Shown here: one piece after another, positions 39,545-49,770 of the stretch | Layout of the letters: each line of letters begins with the position of its first letter | Numbering within the stretch: the stretch's first letter is position 1 | NCBI GenBank assembly: GCA_963663475.2 | Contig: CAXXJV010000001.1 | Span: forward strand, 2,592,001 to 2,656,000 | DNA from: Candidatus Cloacimonadales bacterium | GTDB lineage: Bacteria > Cloacimonadota > Cloacimonadia > Cloacimonadales > JAFGVF01 | DNA length: 64,000 nucleotides | Reading direction: 5' to 3' | Program-made: the position numbers and the translations under genes | The notes under the pieces: generated by a model | What the model was told of the DNA's origin: nothing | Database searches by the model: none | What the model saw: only the letters and a program-made list of their open reading frames with translations

Positions 39545-42385
39545 CTAAATAACTTTCCATTTTATCATAAACAATTTTTCATTATTAGTATTTTGTGTCA
39601 TTCTTTTTTCCAGTTCTTTTATGAGAAGATCTCTTTTTTCTTCAATTTCATCCTCTACATCAAATATCCTTCTTCTAGCTGCTCTTCTTTTTGCATCTAG
39701 TTCTTTAATCTTTTCTTGTGCTTCTTTCTGTTCTTCCATAGTTTTACACATACTTGCTTGTCTTTCTGCCAATCTTAATTCTTTCTTTATATTATGCAAA
39801 TTTCTTTCAGCTGCAATTACAACATCATCAGACCATCTATGTAGCATATCTTTTCTTTCCTGAAAAAGTTTATTGCTTTCTTCCAAGTTCTCTCTGATAA
39901 CTGCTTGCGCGAAAATATGATTATTGGCTTCAAGTTTACTTACATATTCAGCAGGAATCCTTACAGATTCCTTAGCAGTTGATTTTAATTTAAACATTTT
40001 CTCGAAAGTCTCATGTTCAATATTCTTCCCATCATTAGCTAAACCTGAAAAGAGCAGATGTTCTTCTCTTTCAAGACTTTCAATTTCTAATTTTGATAGA
40101 AGTAGATAACCTGTTTTGCCTTTGATAGAATCCAAGACAGAAATTTTAGCTAGGTAATTCGAATAATCAAATTCAATAAGCTTTTCACTTAGCTGATATG
40201 CTTTTACACTACTAATACAGAGTTTACCTAAATCACTATCTAAAGTATATCTTTCTCCATTTTTAGGGTAAACTTCTCTTTTATTAGGTAAATAGTAGTT
40301 TTTTATGGGAATATTAGCAAGGGACCTAGTAAGCTTAAAGGTTAATTTTTCATCATTAAATATTGCATTATCACCAAGAAATGCTTTAGTTAAAAGCCAA
40401 AATTTTTTGCCGTACTCATCTAAAGAGCTAAGAGCATCATTATAATTAATCTTTAATTTTCGGTGAACATCTTCATCGAAATGTTCAAAAATAGCTTCCT
40501 TGGTTCTCTCAAGCTTTTGACTAATTTCCTCTTCAAGTTCATTTTGCAGTTTATTAAAGGCTTTTTCAATTTCATTTTCTGACCTACATTCTTGATATAT
40601 TGAAGTTATTCTCTGCTCAAGATTTGCTGAACTTTCCAGCTTGCCAAGAATACCATCAGAACTACCAAAAATTCCTTCAAACAAATTAAACTTAAATCTT
40701 AGTAAATCATATACTCTTCTATCTGCTGCATTCCTTTTGTTTAAAAAATTTATTACTACTACATCATGCTTTTGTCCATACCGGTGAATTCTTCCAACTC
40801 TCTGTTCGATTCTTTGGGGATTCCAAGGTAGATCAAAATTAATTAATAATGAGCAAAACTGTAGGTTAAGACCTTCCGAGCCAGCCTCTGTTGCTAGCAT
40901 AATTTCACCTTCATTTTGAAAGAAATCAATAATGGCATGTTTTATATTCACTGCTTTTGATTGAGAAGCCTTGTCGCTATTTTTTTCTAACCAATCTTTG
41001 AAAATCATTTTAGAATTATCATCAGTATTTGAACCAGAGTAGGTACATATTTTACCTAAAAAGCCATTAGATTCAAGATAATCTTTCAAATAATACATTG
41101 TTCTTTTAGATTCGGTAAATACAACTGCTTTCCGACTTGCTCCAACTTTTTCCATCTCTTGATAACCGATTTCTATAGCCCTAATGAGATGTTTGGTTTT
41201 AGAATCAATACCTAAACTCTTTGCCCATAAGATTAATTTCTCAATTTCTTCTATCTCTTCCTCTAGTACTTTTAGATTAATCTCTGAGCTAACTTCATCT
41301 TCACTTTCATCATAATCTTCAATTAATTCTTCATCAACATCAGCAGAGTTTAACAGTTCTAACAAAAAATTTTCCTCTTGTTCTGGTACTGAGTTTCTTA
41401 GAGATATTAATCTATTTTTTATTGTTGTGAGAGTCTCAGATAGAGCATATATAGAAGATGCCATTACCTTGCGAACAATTAGAACTATTAGGTGTTTTTG
41501 CCTTTTGGGAAATGCATAAGTATCTTCTCTTTGAAGAAAAGCAGACACAGCCCTATATAATTGATTTTCGTTATCTGAAGTATTAAAATCTATAGTAACT
41601 AACTTACGTTCGGTGTATTTTATAAATTCCAAAACATCCTTTCTCAATGTCCTTCTACAAAATGTTAAAATTCTATCCTTTAAATCGTTTAAGTCTCCAT
41701 CAGAGTTAGCATAAAGAGTCCTAAAGGTAGGTAAATCACCGAATATCTTATCATCAATAATGCTGGTTATTCCATATAGTTCTGTTAATGAATTTTGTAA
41801 AGGTGTTGCAGTTAATAATATCTTCTTCTTATCTTCCAATGCCCATTTTAAAGCTTGCCCAATCTTATTACTAGGTCTATGTGAATTTCTTAGTTTATGG
41901 GCTTCATCAATAACAACCAAATCCCAATTAATAGCCCTAATATCTTGTGACTTTCTAGCTACAAAATGATAAGAAGCAATAATTATATTATCCTTCATGA
42001 AAGGATTTATATAACCTAGCTTAGATATTACTCTGTAGCTTTTATGATCAATTATTTGAGACTGTAAATTAAACTTTTCTTCTAGCTCTATAGCCCATTG
42101 CTTTCTTAATGACGCAGGTGCTACTATTAATATTTTATCTTTCTTTTCAGCCACATATTGTGATATTACTAAACAAGCTTCAATAGTTTTTCCTAAACCA
42201 ACTTCATCAGCCAACAATACACCTTTGTTAAAAGGAGAACGTAAAGCAAACAATGCTCCTTCAACTTGATGTGGATTTAAATCTACGTTAGCATTAAATA
42301 ATGATTGAGATAACTTATTTATACCCTCTCCACCACTTTTTGTTAAATAATGAGCTAAATACTTCTGCTGATGCTTTGATATCAT
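39545..42385 (-). CDS. SNF2-family helicase with C-terminal coiled coil
   Basis: LADEVGLGKT, IDEAH, LTATPLQN, EGLNLQ, DLPWNPQRIEQRVGRIHRYGQ. Confidence 0.93.
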   Translation of the reverse strand: MISKHQQKYLAHYLTKSGGEGINKLSQSLFNANVDLNPHQVEGALFALRSPFNKGVLLADEVGLGKTIEACLVISQYVAEKKDKILIVAPASLRKQWAIELEEKFNLQSQIIDHKSYRVISKLGYINPFMKDNIIIASYHFVARKSQDIRAINWDLVVIDEAHKLRNSHRPSNKIGQALKWALEDKKKILLTATPLQNSLTELYGITSIIDDKIFGDLPTFRTLYANSDGDLNDLKDRILTFCRRTLRKDVLEFIKYTERKLVTIDFNTSDNENQLYRAVSAFLQREDTYAFPKRQKHLIVLIVRKVMASSIYALSETLTTIKNRLISLRNSVPEQEENFLLELLNSADVDEELIEDYDESEDEVSSEINLKVLEEEIEEIEKLILWAKSLGIDSKTKHLIRAIEIGYQEMEKVGASRKAVVFTESKRTMYYLKDYLESNGFLGKICTYSGSNTDDNSKMIFKDWLEKNSDKASQSKAVNIKHAIIDFFQNEGEIMLATEAGSEGLNLQFCSLLINFDLPWNPQRIEQRVGRIHRYGQKHDVVVINFLNKRNAADRRVYDLLRFKFNLFEGIFGSSDGILGKLESSANLEQRITSIYQECRSENEIEKAFNKLQNELEEEISQKLERTKEAIFEHFDEDVHRKLKINYNDALSSLDEYGKKFWLLTKAFLGDNAIFNDEKLTFKLTRSLANIPIKNYYLPNKREVYPKNGERYTLDSDLGKLCISSVKAYQLSEKLIEFDYSNYLAKISVLDSIKGKTGYLLLSKLEIESLEREEHLLFSGLANDGKNIEHETFEKMFKLKSTAKESVRIPAEYVSKLEANNHIFAQAVIRENLEESNKLFQERKDMLHRWSDDVVIAAERNLHNIKKELRLAERQASMCKTMEEQKEAQEKIKELDAKRRAARRRIFDVEDEIEEKRDLLIKELEKRMTQNTNNEKLFMIKWKVI

Positions 42386-42589
42386 AAAGAATCCCTTAAT
42401 TATTTTAATATTAGAATATTTCACTTCCTAGTATGACAAAAAAACACTAACTTAACTAATACTGTCAAGTAAAATTGTAGTTTTTTCTGAAATCTTAGAT
42501 ATTAATTGAGGTATTTATTTCACCAATTATCAGAAACAATAATACCACTACCAAAACTTGCCATCCATCTAGTAACTCTCAAGCACAAG

Positions 42590-43051
42590 CTACCCCTTCT
42601 TCACAAATGCTCTCTCATACATCCTAATAAAGTCTTCAACTTGAATCTTCCCGCACAAATCTCCGATCAGTTTATAAGGAATATCATTCATCCTCTTAAG
42701 ATTCACACAAGCTTTTCCCATACTCAGTTTATACTTAGCCTGCTTGCTATATTCATCTTTAAACCAGGCTAGCAAGTCTTGATTGATATAGAGTCCCCAA
42801 TGACTAAAAGAAATATGGTTTTTCCAGTTGGAAAGTCCAATAAAAGGTAAAGGGGTATCACTTTGGACATGGTAGCCTTGTGGGTATATTTTTAGCGGAA
42901 CAACATAGGCAATTGAGCCATAGCTTATTGTTTCTTCAAAACCTGCTGGAAGATTTTCCTTAATCACTTTTCTTAACTTTTCAATAATTTCTCTTCTTTC
43001 TTCTGGCAGAGAGTCTAGATATTCAGCAAGAGTATTTATTTTATTAGTCAT
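42590..43051 (-). CDS. DUF1801 (YdhG-like) protein
   Basis: EYLDSLPEER...LPAGFEE.ISYG...YP.GYH...PLPF...MGKAC. Confidence 0.85.
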   Translation of the reverse strand: MTNKINTLAEYLDSLPEERREIIEKLRKVIKENLPAGFEETISYGSIAYVVPLKIYPQGYHVQSDTPLPFIGLSNWKNHISFSHWGLYINQDLLAWFKDEYSKQAKYKLSMGKACVNLKRMNDIPYKLIGDLCGKIQVEDFIRMYERAFVKKG

Positions 43052-43240
43052 AATCACCTCTTATTATTTTGGACCAGTGGTGGAATAGGATTTTAGGGAA
43101 GATTCAGATTCTTTTCTCTAAAGCTCTACTAGACCATATGGCTTTAAAGAAATAATAAATTTTTCTTGACCAAAGACAATAATTTTATGAAGTTTGCTTT
43201 TATAAAATTTTTATACTATAAAACATTTGGAGAAAAAAGA

Positions 43241-43963
43241 ATGAAAAAGATTTCGATAGTCCTAGTATTAATGCTTTCAGTTTTTGCTTTGTTTGCTCAA
43301 GGTTTCAGCTTTTCAGCTAATGAAGAAGGCTTTTCCATGTCCTTAACAGGTGAAGAAGGTTCTAGCAATGAAACAAAAGTAACAGTCAATAATTCAGGTC
43401 AAGTGATTGATCAAATTGTTGTTAAGTTAGAGGAACTACAAGCTAAATACAATGCTAAACTTAACAAGTTAGATGGCAAAAGAGTCAACAATATTATTGA
43501 TGATATTTACACCTTACTTTCTCTTTTACCAGACAATTCTGATTTAGTAAAACCTGAAACAAACACTTCCACTCAAACTAACCCAGCAGCTGGTGGAACT
43601 GTAAATATTAATATCAATACTAATGAGGGCCAAACTTCTCAAACTGTAACTGAGACCACACCTATTTCTAATAAGAATCCAATGTCTGCCAGTGATTTTT
43701 CTAATTTGATTAATCGAATCAATGGAGAATCTTTTGGTGATGATCAATTGAGAGTTTTAAGAACTGCAGCAAAGAATCATGATTTTTCTGTTAGTCAAAT
43801 TGTTAGAATTCTAGATTGTTTTGATTTTAGTGAAGAGAAGATTTCTGCTCTTTCAATTTCTTATCCTGGCTGTGTTGATTCAGAAAATAATTATGAAATC
43901 CTTGATGCCTTTACCTATTCAGATGATAAATCTGAAGCTGAAAGAATTATCAATGCTGATTAA
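43241..43963 (+). CDS. Secreted DUF4476-domain protein
   Basis: Signal peptide MKKISIVLVL; C-terminal PMSASDF...ESFGDDQL...FDFSEEK...YPGCVD.ENNY.ILDAF. Confidence 0.8.
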   Translation: MKKISIVLVLMLSVFALFAQGFSFSANEEGFSMSLTGEEGSSNETKVTVNNSGQVIDQIVVKLEELQAKYNAKLNKLDGKRVNNIIDDIYTLLSLLPDNSDLVKPETNTSTQTNPAAGGTVNININTNEGQTSQTVTETTPISNKNPMSASDFSNLINRINGESFGDDQLRVLRTAAKNHDFSVSQIVRILDCFDFSEEKISALSISYPGCVDSENNYEILDAFTYSDDKSEAERIINAD

Positions 43964-44107
43964 TTTTTAGAATAATTTTTAACCCAGATAGTTCAGTAAA
44001 GTAGAGTGTAGAATGCTTGGACTTAAGATTTACTGGATTATTTGGGTTATTTTTTTTTGCTTAGAAAACAGTATAAGACTGGGTGGGCAAGTTGCCTTTC
44101 TGCTAAA

Positions 44108-44205
44108 AGACGGGGTGATGGAGAGACTGGGTGATGGGGGTGATGGAGAGACGGGGTGACGGGGTGACGGGGTGATGGAGAGACGGGGTGATGGAGAGAC
44201 GGGGT
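44108..44205 (+). repeat. 8-bp microsatellite (GACGGGGT/GATGGAGA), left part
   Basis: Continues at 46575-46634 after the IS21 element. Confidence 0.9.
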
Positions 44206-44294
44206 TGTAGATGGCATTTTAAATTGGTACACAAATGGCAGTTTAATCTGGTACAGTTTCCTAGATAAAAAAATAGAGAAATCTAGGAGACAAT

Positions 44295-45779
44295 ATGAAA
44301 GGAGTCCAAGTGTATCACGCAATAAGAGTATTAAGAGAAAATGGCAAGAGTATAAGAGAAATAGCAGAACAGTTAAGTATCTCTAAAACAACAGTTATGG
44401 GTTACTTACAAAAAGACATTGAAACCGTAGAAAAAACTTTAATGAAAGTCAATCGAACAAGTAAGCTCGAAATTTACAGGGAAGAAATTAGCAAACATTT
44501 AACAAAATTTCCTAATATGCGATTAAGTAAATTATATCGTAAATTATCCAAACAGCATGGAAAATTACCTGTAAAACAAAGAGCTTTTTTTAATTTTTCA
44601 AAAAAAATAAAAAATAATTTAATACAACCAACTAAGCGTTATTATCGAGTTGTCAATTATGAACCAGGAAATCAGATGCAGGTTGATCCCGGAGAGTATA
44701 ATATCTATTTATCTGATAAGAGCAAGTTAAAAATATACTTTTGTGTGTTTAGCTATTGCTATTCACGAATGAAATATGTACATTTTCAAACAAGACCTTA
44801 TAAGACTCAAGACTTCATCCAAGCCCATAAAGATTGCTTTGAATATTTTGGATATATCCCAGAGACAATGGTTTATGATCAAACAAAACTAGTCGTTATA
44901 AAGGAGATTTATCGAGAAGTAACTTATAATAATAAGTTTTTTCAATTTATGAATAATCTAACAATAAGTCCTTATGTTTGTGAAGGTTATGATCCTGAAA
45001 GTAAAGGGTTGGTAGAAAGACAAGTTCAAGAAGTTAAGTATGATTTTCTTGATGGTGAAGTATTTACTAGTTTATCTGAAGTTAAGTTGAAATCAAAAAG
45101 CTGGTTAGAAGAAGTAAATAATCGTATCCACAGTACGCTTAGAGAAAGACCTATAGTAATGTTTAAAGAAGAAGAAAAACTATTAAGAAGATATAACCTG
45201 AATATTGCAGAGACACGAAAAGTAGATAAAACAGGTCTTATCTCATGGAATGGTAACAAATATTCAGTTCCTTATATCTATCAACAAAAGATAGTTATAG
45301 TTAAAGAAAATGAAGACACTTTAGAAATAATAGATAGGAATAGTAGAAAAAAAGTTGCATCTCATAGGATTTCCAGAGAAAGAACAAAACCTATCATATC
45401 TCAATGTCATTACATAGACTACTCGAAAACAATTAATAATATAAAGGAAGATATTTGCTCACTATTCCCCAATAATGACAAGATAATCCTTTTATTAAAT
45501 TTACTCATAGCACATAATCACAGAAATCCCAGAGAGCAACTATTAGCATTTTTAAAAATGTATAATAAAAATAAATACTTAAATTGGTCAAACATAATTT
45601 CTAAAGCACTAGAATTAGAAGATATAAAAGCAACAAAGATAGAGTCTATAGTCAAAGAAGAGATAAAAGGCAATAAGTTATCTGCTAACTATCAAAATCA
45701 AGTCAATGGGATAATAGAAACAAAAAAATCAGTTATACAGAGAGATTTATCAATTTATAATAAGGTGGTAAAAAAATGA
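44295..45779 (+). CDS. istA: IS21 transposase IstA
   Basis: N-terminal HTH; PGNQMQVD, YDQTK, SKGLVE, NNRIHST. Confidence 0.95.
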   Translation: MKGVQVYHAIRVLRENGKSIREIAEQLSISKTTVMGYLQKDIETVEKTLMKVNRTSKLEIYREEISKHLTKFPNMRLSKLYRKLSKQHGKLPVKQRAFFNFSKKIKNNLIQPTKRYYRVVNYEPGNQMQVDPGEYNIYLSDKSKLKIYFCVFSYCYSRMKYVHFQTRPYKTQDFIQAHKDCFEYFGYIPETMVYDQTKLVVIKEIYREVTYNNKFFQFMNNLTISPYVCEGYDPESKGLVERQVQEVKYDFLDGEVFTSLSEVKLKSKSWLEEVNNRIHSTLRERPIVMFKEEEKLLRRYNLNIAETRKVDKTGLISWNGNKYSVPYIYQQKIVIVKENEDTLEIIDRNSRKKVASHRISRERTKPIISQCHYIDYSKTINNIKEDICSLFPNNDKIILLLNLLIAHNHRNPREQLLAFLKMYNKNKYLNWSNIISKALELEDIKATKIESIVKEEIKGNKLSANYQNQVNGIIETKKSVIQRDLSIYNKVVKK

Positions 45780-46504
45780 TCGAAACATTAAAGAAAAATC
45801 TATTTAGACTAAGATGCAGGCATACTATTAATAATTTAGAATCATATCTTAAATATGCACAAGATAATCAGTTATCTTATATGAATTTTCTTTCATATGT
45901 AATTGATAATGAATGCAATAGTAGAAATCAAACGATGATAAATTTACAGATTAGAAGGTCAAAATTTCCTCTTTTGAAAAGTTTTGATGATTTTGATTTT
46001 AAATATCAGCATTCAATAACTAAAAGAATGATTACTGAGTGGAAGGACTTTACTTGGATAGATAACAGAGAAAACAAAATATTAATGGGTCCTCCTGGTG
46101 TAGGTAAAACTCATATATCTATAGCTTTAGGATATGAAGCTATCTTAAAAGGATATAAAGTTATTTTTTACAATATGAATGACCTAATTGATGAAATGAT
46201 TATTGCTAATGTAGAAAATAACTTCAAAAAATGGATTTCAAAGTTAGTAAAAAATGATCTTATTATTATTGATGAGATAGGCTATCTTCCTATTAAGGCA
46301 GTAAATGCGAGTTTATTTTTTAAGCTAATAAATGAGTTATATGAATATAGATCTATTATCATTACCTCTAATAGGCTATTCCAAGAGTGGGGAGAATCCT
46401 TTGGAGATAATGTAATAACTACTGCTATAGTAGATAGATTAGTTCATCATGCAGAAACAGTTCTAATAGATGGAAATAGTTATAGAATGAAAGGAAAACT
46501 ATAA
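45776..46504 (+). CDS. istB: IS21 helper ATPase IstB
   Basis: GPPGVGKTH, IIDEIGY, SIIITSN, DRLVHH, GNSYR. Confidence 0.96.
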   Translation: MIETLKKNLFRLRCRHTINNLESYLKYAQDNQLSYMNFLSYVIDNECNSRNQTMINLQIRRSKFPLLKSFDDFDFKYQHSITKRMITEWKDFTWIDNRENKILMGPPGVGKTHISIALGYEAILKGYKVIFYNMNDLIDEMIIANVENNFKKWISKLVKNDLIIIDEIGYLPIKAVNASLFFKLINELYEYRSIIITSNRLFQEWGESFGDNVITTAIVDRLVHHAETVLIDGNSYRMKGKL

Positions 46505-46686
46505 GGAAATATGATTTACAATAGTGTACCATTTTAAACTGCCAAAACTGTACCAATTTAAACTGCTATTGACAGGGGTGATGGAGAGACGGGGTGACGG
46601 GGTGACGGGGTGATGGAGACGGGGTGACTGGGGTTGTGTCGTTCCATAAAAGTGGACTAGAAAATTAAACAAACTAGGAGCTTGAA

Positions 46687-47109
46687 ATGGAAAGAAAAAA
46701 GAATATGACTCATAAGATTCAAAAGACCTATAGTGAAAGTTTTAAAATTAAAGTTGTTGACGAAATAGAGAAGGGAGATTTAACTCAAGCTGGAGCTTGT
46801 AGACTTTACAATATTTCAGATAGCAATGTGAGTAGATGGGTTGCCAATTATGGTATGAATGAACGAGTGGGAAAAAAGGTGGTAGTTATGACCGATAGAG
46901 AAATACGTGAATCTGACCTTTTAAGGAAAGAGAATAAGCAGTTAAAACGAGCATTAGAAGATAGTCAGTTCTCCAACGAAGTTCTAGAGAAATATATTCA
47001 TTATATTGCAGAACAAAATGGTATTGATTTAAAAAAAAAGATCGATTCAGGTTTATCAGAAGATACTCAGAAACTCTTGATTTCAAGGTTGCTAAAAGGT
47101 CAGGAATAA
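46687..47109 (+). CDS. IS3 OrfA (HTH)
   Basis: YSESFKIKVV...ACRLYNIS..VSRW; A9G slippery site at 47031-47040. Confidence 0.88.
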   Translation: MERKKNMTHKIQKTYSESFKIKVVDEIEKGDLTQAGACRLYNISDSNVSRWVANYGMNERVGKKVVVMTDREIRESDLLRKENKQLKRALEDSQFSNEVLEKYIHYIAEQNGIDLKKKIDSGLSEDTQKLLISRLLKGQE

Positions 47110-47114
47110 GCCAA

Positions 47115-47900
47115 ATGTGTAGTTTATTACAAGTATCTAAATCAGGTTACTATAAATATCTTCAAACTGTCTCCCAGAGTTCTACAAATGACTCCCTATG
47201 TCTTTCCAGAGTTAAACAATATAGAAAAATTCAGCCTTATGCAGGCACTTATAAATGTTGGAAAATGCTACATAATGATGGTTTTAAAATTGGGAGAAAT
47301 CATCTTAACTGCCTGCTTAAAGAACATAATATGTTGATCAGGAAGAAGAAGAAATATTGCAAAACTTCAATATCAGATGGTAGTAAGGTATATCCTAATT
47401 TACTTAAAGATACCGAAGTAAAGAGGAAAAATCAAGTTTGGGTAACTGATATTACTTATATTTCTAAAGGCAAAGGGTTTTATTATTTGTTTTTGCTAAG
47501 TGATATGTATACTAGACAGATATTGGATTATGAAGTTTCTTCTAATATGTTGACTGATAATCATATAAGGATGTTAAAAAGACAGCTAAACCATGTTGAT
47601 AATGCTAACGATCTTATTCATCATTCAGATCATGGTTCTCAATATACAAGTAATGAGACTATTAGCCTTCTGAAAAAGCATGGTATAAAGATTAGTATGA
47701 CTGGTGATGGTAAATGCTATGATAACCCTATTGCTGAAAGAATAAACTGCACAATGAAGCATGAATTTGGTTTAAATCGGACATTTAGCACTATAGAAAG
47801 TCTTAAAAAAGCTACTAAAGATGCAGTAATGATCTATAACTCTCAGAGACTTCACAAAAGTTTGGGGTATTTTACTCCAAATGATTTTGCAAATCATTAA
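47115..47900 (+). CDS. IS3 OrfB DDE transposase domain (fused to OrfA by -1 frameshift)
   Basis: WVTDITY, HHSDHGSQY, DNPIAER..TMKHE, YN..R.H.SLG..TP; the -1 frame is open from the A9G site. Confidence 0.92.
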   Translation: MCSLLQVSKSGYYKYLQTVSQSSTNDSLCLSRVKQYRKIQPYAGTYKCWKMLHNDGFKIGRNHLNCLLKEHNMLIRKKKKYCKTSISDGSKVYPNLLKDTEVKRKNQVWVTDITYISKGKGFYYLFLLSDMYTRQILDYEVSSNMLTDNHIRMLKRQLNHVDNANDLIHHSDHGSQYTSNETISLLKKHGIKISMTGDGKCYDNPIAERINCTMKHEFGLNRTFSTIESLKKATKDAVMIYNSQRLHKSLGYFTPNDFANH

Positions 47901-48090
47901 AAGAGGTTACCAGATGATGAACAGATACTTAGCTGAATGTATTTTCTTTTGGAAAATGCGACTAAATTACGAATGCAAAATGGAGTCGACAACAGAACTC
48001 AAAAGTATGAGTAAATGTCTCATTTTTCAAAAGAGATACATGACTCAGGATACATAAAAAAGGTGTCCACTATATTGGTACTTGACATAA

Positions 48091-48321
48091 TCCCCTTTCA
48101 GCTCGTAAGAGCGGTATGAGAGGGGTGCCGTAAGGCGGGGAGAGTCTTAAATTGGCCTCTTGTCATTGCATTCAGGACTTCCCATTAAAAAACCTTCAAT
48201 GTATTCAATACGGCACCCCTCTCATACCGCTCTTACGAGCTGAATGTTTACTCTCCCCGCCTTACGGCACCCCTCTCATACCGCTCTTACGAGCTGAAAG
48301 GGGAATGTTACTCTCCCCGCC
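48091..48321. repeat. REP-like inverted repeat set (CCCCTTTCAGCTCGTAAGAGCGGTATGAGAGGGGTGCCGTAAGGCGGGGAGAG and two reverse copies)
   Basis: Forward copy ~48091-48145; reverse copies ~48208-48244 and ~48250-48305. Confidence 0.85.
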
Positions 48322-48408
48322 ATCTCTCCATCTCTCAATCTCTCAATCTCTCAATCTCTCCATCTTTCAATCTCTCAATCTCTCAATCTCTCAATCTCTC
48401 CGTCCCTA
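48320..48408 (-). repeat. 8-bp microsatellite (TCTCAATC/TCTCCATC), inverted relative to the 44108 array
   Basis: Tandem units read directly. Confidence 0.8.
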
Positions 48409-48416
48409 TAAGCTTC

Positions 48417-49748
48417 CTATTTATTCCATTTATCTTCATATGCCTTAATAGCAAACTTGCGTTTTAATCCCTGATAATTCATATACCTAACCTTGCCAAA
48501 AATATCTCTTTCTTTCCAGGCAGTATCATGATTTCCAAAGCACCAAGCTATTCCTGTAAAGGCATTAGGGTCTCTACCATCAAGTTCGTACTTATTATTA
48601 AGGTAAAGCATATTGTAGTAAGCTTGACGGGGTGATAAGGACCATTCAATAATCTTTTTTCCCCAATACATTCTTAGGTAGTTATGCATATAGCCAGTTT
48701 TGACCATTTGGATTTGAGCAGCATTCCAAGCTGGATCATGAGTTTGACCTTCTTCTAATTCCTGCAAATCATAGATATAGTCTCTTGCATCCATACTATG
48801 AAAATCTAAAGAATCAGCTGCCCACTGAGGGTTGATATAGTCATAATTATCATAATTTTGATTATAATAGCAAAAGTTAATAGCTAATTCCCTTCTGATA
48901 ATCAACTGCTCTAAAAAGGCAATTTGACTTTCTAGGTTAGCATGGGCAGACTTCACTTTCTCAACTATTTCTAAGACAGAAATTTGACCAAAATGCAGGT
49001 AAGGACTTAGCTCAGAATAATTAGAATTAACCAGATCTTTATTAGGCAGGTGATAATTGTTAAGTTTTTGTTGAATAAATTTATCTAACTTGCTAATTGC
49101 TATAGAGTAACCACCGCTTATTTCTGAGACAATACTTGGACTATTATTAAGTAAAGGAAGAAGAGTATCAGGATCAAAAGAAGATTGAATATCTAGTCTT
49201 TTCCCTTGGTATTTATAAGTTTCAAAAGGAACTAAATAATCATCTAATTGCTTTTCAATTTTAGGTCTGATAGTTCTAGCCATATACTCTTGTTTATCTG
49301 AAGCCTTTTCAACTGGAACCACGATGTCACTTTCTAAGCAAACAAAGGGAATCTTCACTAGATCAGCTATTCTTTCTCGCCATTGTCTTTGAATTTTTAA
49401 GTAACCGAAATCACTTATCAGGCAGGCTGCTTGCTGAGCAACTTTTACTATCTCAGATACCATATTACCCTGTCTGAATAGCAGGGTAATCCCCCGCTTG
49501 GCTAGCCCTTTCTCAACTTCTTTTAATCCTTGAATCATAAAAGCAAAGTGTCTTTGGTTTGCTTCAGGAAAGCCAATATCAAAAACAAAGACGACTAACA
49601 AGGGAAGTTTATGTTTATTAGCAGTTTGGATAGCGTATTCTAAGGCATGGTTGTTGGTAACTCTCTGACTTTGCTGCATCCAGTACAAGACATATTGGCC
49701 AGGAGTAGGGTTTCCTGCCTTGTAGATTTTGATTCTGTTATGAAACAT
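48417..49748 (-). CDS. phrB: Class II CPD photolyase
   Basis: YVLYWMQ..QR..NNHAL, SPYLHFGQIS, HNYLRMYWGKKI.EW, LDGRDPN, ER.IFGKVRYM. Confidence 0.93.
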   Translation of the reverse strand: MFHNRIKIYKAGNPTPGQYVLYWMQQSQRVTNNHALEYAIQTANKHKLPLLVVFVFDIGFPEANQRHFAFMIQGLKEVEKGLAKRGITLLFRQGNMVSEIVKVAQQAACLISDFGYLKIQRQWRERIADLVKIPFVCLESDIVVPVEKASDKQEYMARTIRPKIEKQLDDYLVPFETYKYQGKRLDIQSSFDPDTLLPLLNNSPSIVSEISGGYSIAISKLDKFIQQKLNNYHLPNKDLVNSNYSELSPYLHFGQISVLEIVEKVKSAHANLESQIAFLEQLIIRRELAINFCYYNQNYDNYDYINPQWAADSLDFHSMDARDYIYDLQELEEGQTHDPAWNAAQIQMVKTGYMHNYLRMYWGKKIIEWSLSPRQAYYNMLYLNNKYELDGRDPNAFTGIAWCFGNHDTAWKERDIFGKVRYMNYQGLKRKFAIKAYEDKWNK

Positions 49749-49770
49749 TAAATACCTCTTTTCCTATCAT

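Larger units (their letters stand above)
44206..46574 (+). mobile_element. IS21-family insertion sequence with 5-bp target duplication GGGGT
   Basis: TG...CA ends with reiterated GGCAGTTTAA(A/T)TGGTACA sub-terminal repeats; GGGGT at 44201-44205 and 46575-46579. Confidence 0.95.
46635..48087 (+). mobile_element. IS3-family insertion sequence
   Basis: IRL TGTGTCGTTCCATAAAAGTGGAC vs IRR (reverse complement) TGTCAAGTACCAATATAGTGGAC; orfA/orfB in -1 frame. Confidence 0.9.

Noticed and set aside
28401-44049. Integron attC sites
   Set aside because: AAC...GTT ends are suggestive, but the R boxes fit the consensus poorly, the flanked units are not uniformly oriented single-gene cassettes, and there is no intI in the window
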